Of a DNA stretch of 20,000 nucleotides, positions 17,591-20,000 are shown piece after piece; the first letter of the stretch is position 1; each line of letters opens with the position of its first letter. The stretch lies in sequence record SRR20825010_1231; one strand, given 5' to 3'. A program made the position numbers and the translations under genes. The notes under the pieces are model-generated. The model had not been told where the DNA came from, did not search any database, and worked only from the letters and a program-made list of their open reading frames with translations.

Positions 17591-19368
17591 CGTTGCCTGC
17601 GTCGCGACAGGAAACCACGGACAACTCCTCCCGATGGTCCTTGGGTTGGAGCTGGCTAGCATTGTTGGGTGTTTGCTTTCTCTACGCTGGCGATGCGACA
17701 CCTGGAGTCAACGAAGCACACTACTTCGTCAAAGCCAAAAACTTCTGGCAACCGGACTGGTGTGCCAACGATCTTTTTGCCGCATCGGGAAAGGCACATG
17801 CAACCTACTACTGGCTGTTTGGATGGCCGACCCGTTTTCTTTCGCTGAACGCCACCGCCTGGGCCGGAAGACTGGTCGGTTGGTCGCTGTTGGCGGCGGG
17901 TCTGCTTCGATTGACTCGAGCGATGAGAATGCCGCCGATGAGCAGCGTTTGGGTCATGATCCTTTGGATTCTTGGGATCCAGCATGGCAATTTGGCTGGC
18001 GAATGGGTCATCGGTGGAATCGAAGCCAAGGTTCCCGCCTATGGATTGGTGCTATTTGGCTTGGCCGAAATCGTCCAACGCCGATGGTCGCGAGGTTGGA
18101 TTTGGTTCGGAGCGGCCGCAGGATTTCACGTGCTGACCGGAGGTTGGTCGGTCGTCGCCGCCGCAATCGCATTTTGGCTGGCCGAACGAGGCCCGAAACA
18201 ATGGCGAGTTTCACGATCGACCGCCAATGATCGATCCTCTGGCGGGTATCAATCGCCCGGAAAGGAATCATCTCAAGGCAAAGACGTTCGTCCGCTTTTC
18301 TTCAGCAGAGGTTTGTTTGTCGGAGGAGCGTTATCGCTATTTGGACTGATTCCCGCCGCGGCGATGTCGTGGGGAGCGACCGATGCCGAGCAGATTTCCT
18401 CCGCCCGGATCTACGCGTATTTCCGAATCTCACATCACTTGATGCCGGCGGCGTTCCATTTCGATTGGTACATCCGGCATTCCATCCTGACCATTGGCTG
18501 TTTGGGCTCTCTGGCGTTTGCGCGGTGGCAAATGCCAATTGCGGGGATCAAACAACCCAAGGAATCCGCGACTGATTCATCCCGATCGGAACAAGCCGTC
18601 GCGTTTCGAATTTTGGGTTGGTTCGCGATCGGTGCGATGACGATCAGTCTCGTCGGATTGCTGATCGGTCTGCTTCCGGCGATTTATCCCGATCAAGCCG
18701 CCAAATTACTGCGATTTTATTGGTTCCGATTGGCCGACGCGGTCACACCGCTGGTGTTCGCGTTTTTGCTGGTTCATTTCTTCTCGCCGAGAAACAACAT
18801 TTCGACGACTGCGGACCAACTCGGAAGCCAACCTTTCGCAGTGGTTTGGCTGGGTCGAGCCGGAATGGTGGCCGCGATCGTGCTTTTCGCCCAGGCCAGT
18901 TGGGAGCGGATTCAAACCGGAGTGCCCGTTTCGGTCAGCAATCGAATGCTGGGGCTCAACGCAGATGCCAACTACGCCGAGCAGCGACGCACGATGGAAG
19001 ACTGGATTGCCGTGTGTCAGTTCATCCGATCCAGCACGCCTGAAGACGCGGTATTGCTGACACCGAGGCACCAACAAACGTTCAAGTGGTACGCCCATCG
19101 GGCCGAAGTGGTCAACTGGAAAGACACGCCCCAAAACGCGGTTGCATTGCGAGAGTGGGCCAAACGATTTCTGGAGATTTACCCCGCGCGATTGTCGACC
19201 ATGCGAGTCACGATTCGGTACGACGACCTACGAGCCATGCGGGCCAAATATGGCTGTGACTGGATCGTGGTGGACCGACGAGTCGTGGGTCCTGAACTGC
19301 CTTTGGTGCAGATTTACCCGGCGTCAAATCAGCGGAATTCGACCTATGCGGTCTACGAACTCCCTTGA
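17587..19368 (+). CDS. Polytopic membrane protein, uncharacterised (possibly DUF6798-like; GT-C-like topology)
   Basis: Long ORF with roughly ten hydrophobic segments and a soluble C-terminal domain. GTG 17587 overlaps the pdxA stop (GTGA). Family name is from memory and unverified. Confidence 0.8.
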   Translation: MTLPASRQETTDNSSRWSLGWSWLALLGVCFLYAGDATPGVNEAHYFVKAKNFWQPDWCANDLFAASGKAHATYYWLFGWPTRFLSLNATAWAGRLVGWSLLAAGLLRLTRAMRMPPMSSVWVMILWILGIQHGNLAGEWVIGGIEAKVPAYGLVLFGLAEIVQRRWSRGWIWFGAAAGFHVLTGGWSVVAAAIAFWLAERGPKQWRVSRSTANDRSSGGYQSPGKESSQGKDVRPLFFSRGLFVGGALSLFGLIPAAAMSWGATDAEQISSARIYAYFRISHHLMPAAFHFDWYIRHSILTIGCLGSLAFARWQMPIAGIKQPKESATDSSRSEQAVAFRILGWFAIGAMTISLVGLLIGLLPAIYPDQAAKLLRFYWFRLADAVTPLVFAFLLVHFFSPRNNISTTADQLGSQPFAVVWLGRAGMVAAIVLFAQASWERIQTGVPVSVSNRMLGLNADANYAEQRRTMEDWIAVCQFIRSSTPEDAVLLTPRHQQTFKWYAHRAEVVNWKDTPQNAVALREWAKRFLEIYPARLSTMRVTIRYDDLRAMRAKYGCDWIVVDRRVVGPELPLVQIYPASNQRNSTYAVYELP

Positions 19369-19446
19369 CGGATGGACCATTTGGCTTTTTGCGACAAATT
19401 TCGCCCAAGAATTTTGTGGGGAGCCCGATTTTGCCCCAATTCCGTC

Positions 19447-19474
19447 TTGTCGCCTGTTCGCGGATCGGTACACT
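19447..19474 (+). promoter_or_regulatory. Candidate sigma70 promoter of the tRNA operon
   Basis: TTGTCG (19447-19452), 16-bp spacer, TACACT (19469-19474), then a C-rich discriminator-like stretch. Short T-tracts upstream; about 60 nt before tRNA-Thr. Confidence 0.45.
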
Positions 19475-19532
19475 CTGCCTTCCCCATCGCAAGGCCGGTT
19501 TATCGGTTCTCGCGCGGGGTGAACTTGAGCTG

Positions 19533-19605
19533 GCCAACGTAGCTCAGTTGGCAGAGCAGCTGATTTGTAATCAGCCGGTCGTGGGTTCGAATCCCTCCGT
19601 TGGCT
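19533..19605 (+). tRNA. tRNA-Thr(TGT)
   Basis: Acceptor GCCAACG/CGTTGGC, D-arm AGCTCAGTTGGCAGAGC, anticodon arm GCTGA-TTTGTAA-TCAGC, T-loop GGTTCGAATCC. CCA not encoded. Confidence 0.97.
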
Positions 19606-19771
19606 CTTGCGAAATCGATTCAACGCCGATGGCGAATGAACCGAACAACAGACAACCGAAACAGTCTGCCAAGCAAGTTCACAGAAGTAGACGAAAAAGG
19701 AGTGCAAAAGCACTCAAAAGAAGAAGTCATTCGAATCGCAAGCAACACTTTTGATTCGAAAAACAAGATTT

Positions 19772-19853
19772 GGGGGTTTGCCCGAGTGGTTAAAGGGGGC
19801 GGACTGTAAATCCGCTGGCTATGCCTACACAGGTTCGAATCCTGTAGCCCCCA
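19772..19853 (+). tRNA. tRNA-Tyr(GTA)
   Basis: Acceptor GGGGGTT/AGCCCCC + A, anticodon arm GCGGA-CTGTAAA-TCCGC, long variable arm, ACAGG-TTCGAAT-CCTGT. CCA not encoded. Confidence 0.97.
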
Positions 19854-19970
19854 TTCGAAGAACATGGAAGATGCTGTTAGCTGCAAGCTACTGGCTGCTG
19901 ATTTCCCTGCCCGGCGACGGGTTTCCCCGGAAAACCAGCAAATAGTGGCCGGTCGCTGGCAGTGAAAGAC

Positions 19971-20000
19971 GCGGGTGTAGCTCAATGGTAGAGCAGCAGC
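19971..20000 (+). tRNA. tRNA 5' part, probably tRNA-Gly (truncated by window end)
   Basis: GCGGGTGTAGCTCAATGGTAGAGC is a Gly-type 5' end and D-arm. Thr-Tyr-Gly order matches the tufB-type tRNA cluster. Anticodon is outside the window. Confidence 0.8.

Noticed and set aside
17451..18230. 259-aa alternative-frame ORF overlapping pdxA and the membrane protein
   Set aside because: Arg/Trp/Gly-rich off-frame composition with no motifs; the region is fully explained by the two overlapped genes.
19324..19985. ORFs of 60-129 aa across the 3' end of the window
   Set aside because: They overlap unambiguous tRNA genes.

Overview
Bacterial housekeeping window. A planctomycete (Rhodopirellula/Pirellulaceae-like) origin is inferred from no rpmD, SD-poor starts, secreted sulfatases and a ceramidase-like hydrolase. 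1-7656: end of the S10 operon and the spc operon (rplP 3' end, rpmC, rpsQ, rplN, rplX, rplE, Zn-type rpsN, rpsH, rplF, rplR, rpsE, rplO), then secY and a short LID-less adk. 7719-14110: accessory block with a secreted redoxin and a membrane SGNH/GDSL hydrolase on the minus strand, and a ceramidase-like amidohydrolase plus two S1 sulfatases on the plus strand. 14421-19368: overlapping mutL, pdxA and a polytopic membrane protein. 19533-20000: tRNA-Thr(TGT), tRNA-Tyr(GTA) and the 5' part of a probable tRNA-Gly. No mobile element, CRISPR array or defence system is visible, and I cannot support a clearly new biological system. Best leads: a sulfatase with several substituted active-site residues; SD-less Kozak-like RCY-ATG start contexts; a terminator plus mutually exclusive hairpins before secY; an SGNH hydrolase with Asn->His in block III; a long GNRA-capped hairpin between tRNAs; and a REP-like palindrome with an internal 16-bp duplication.
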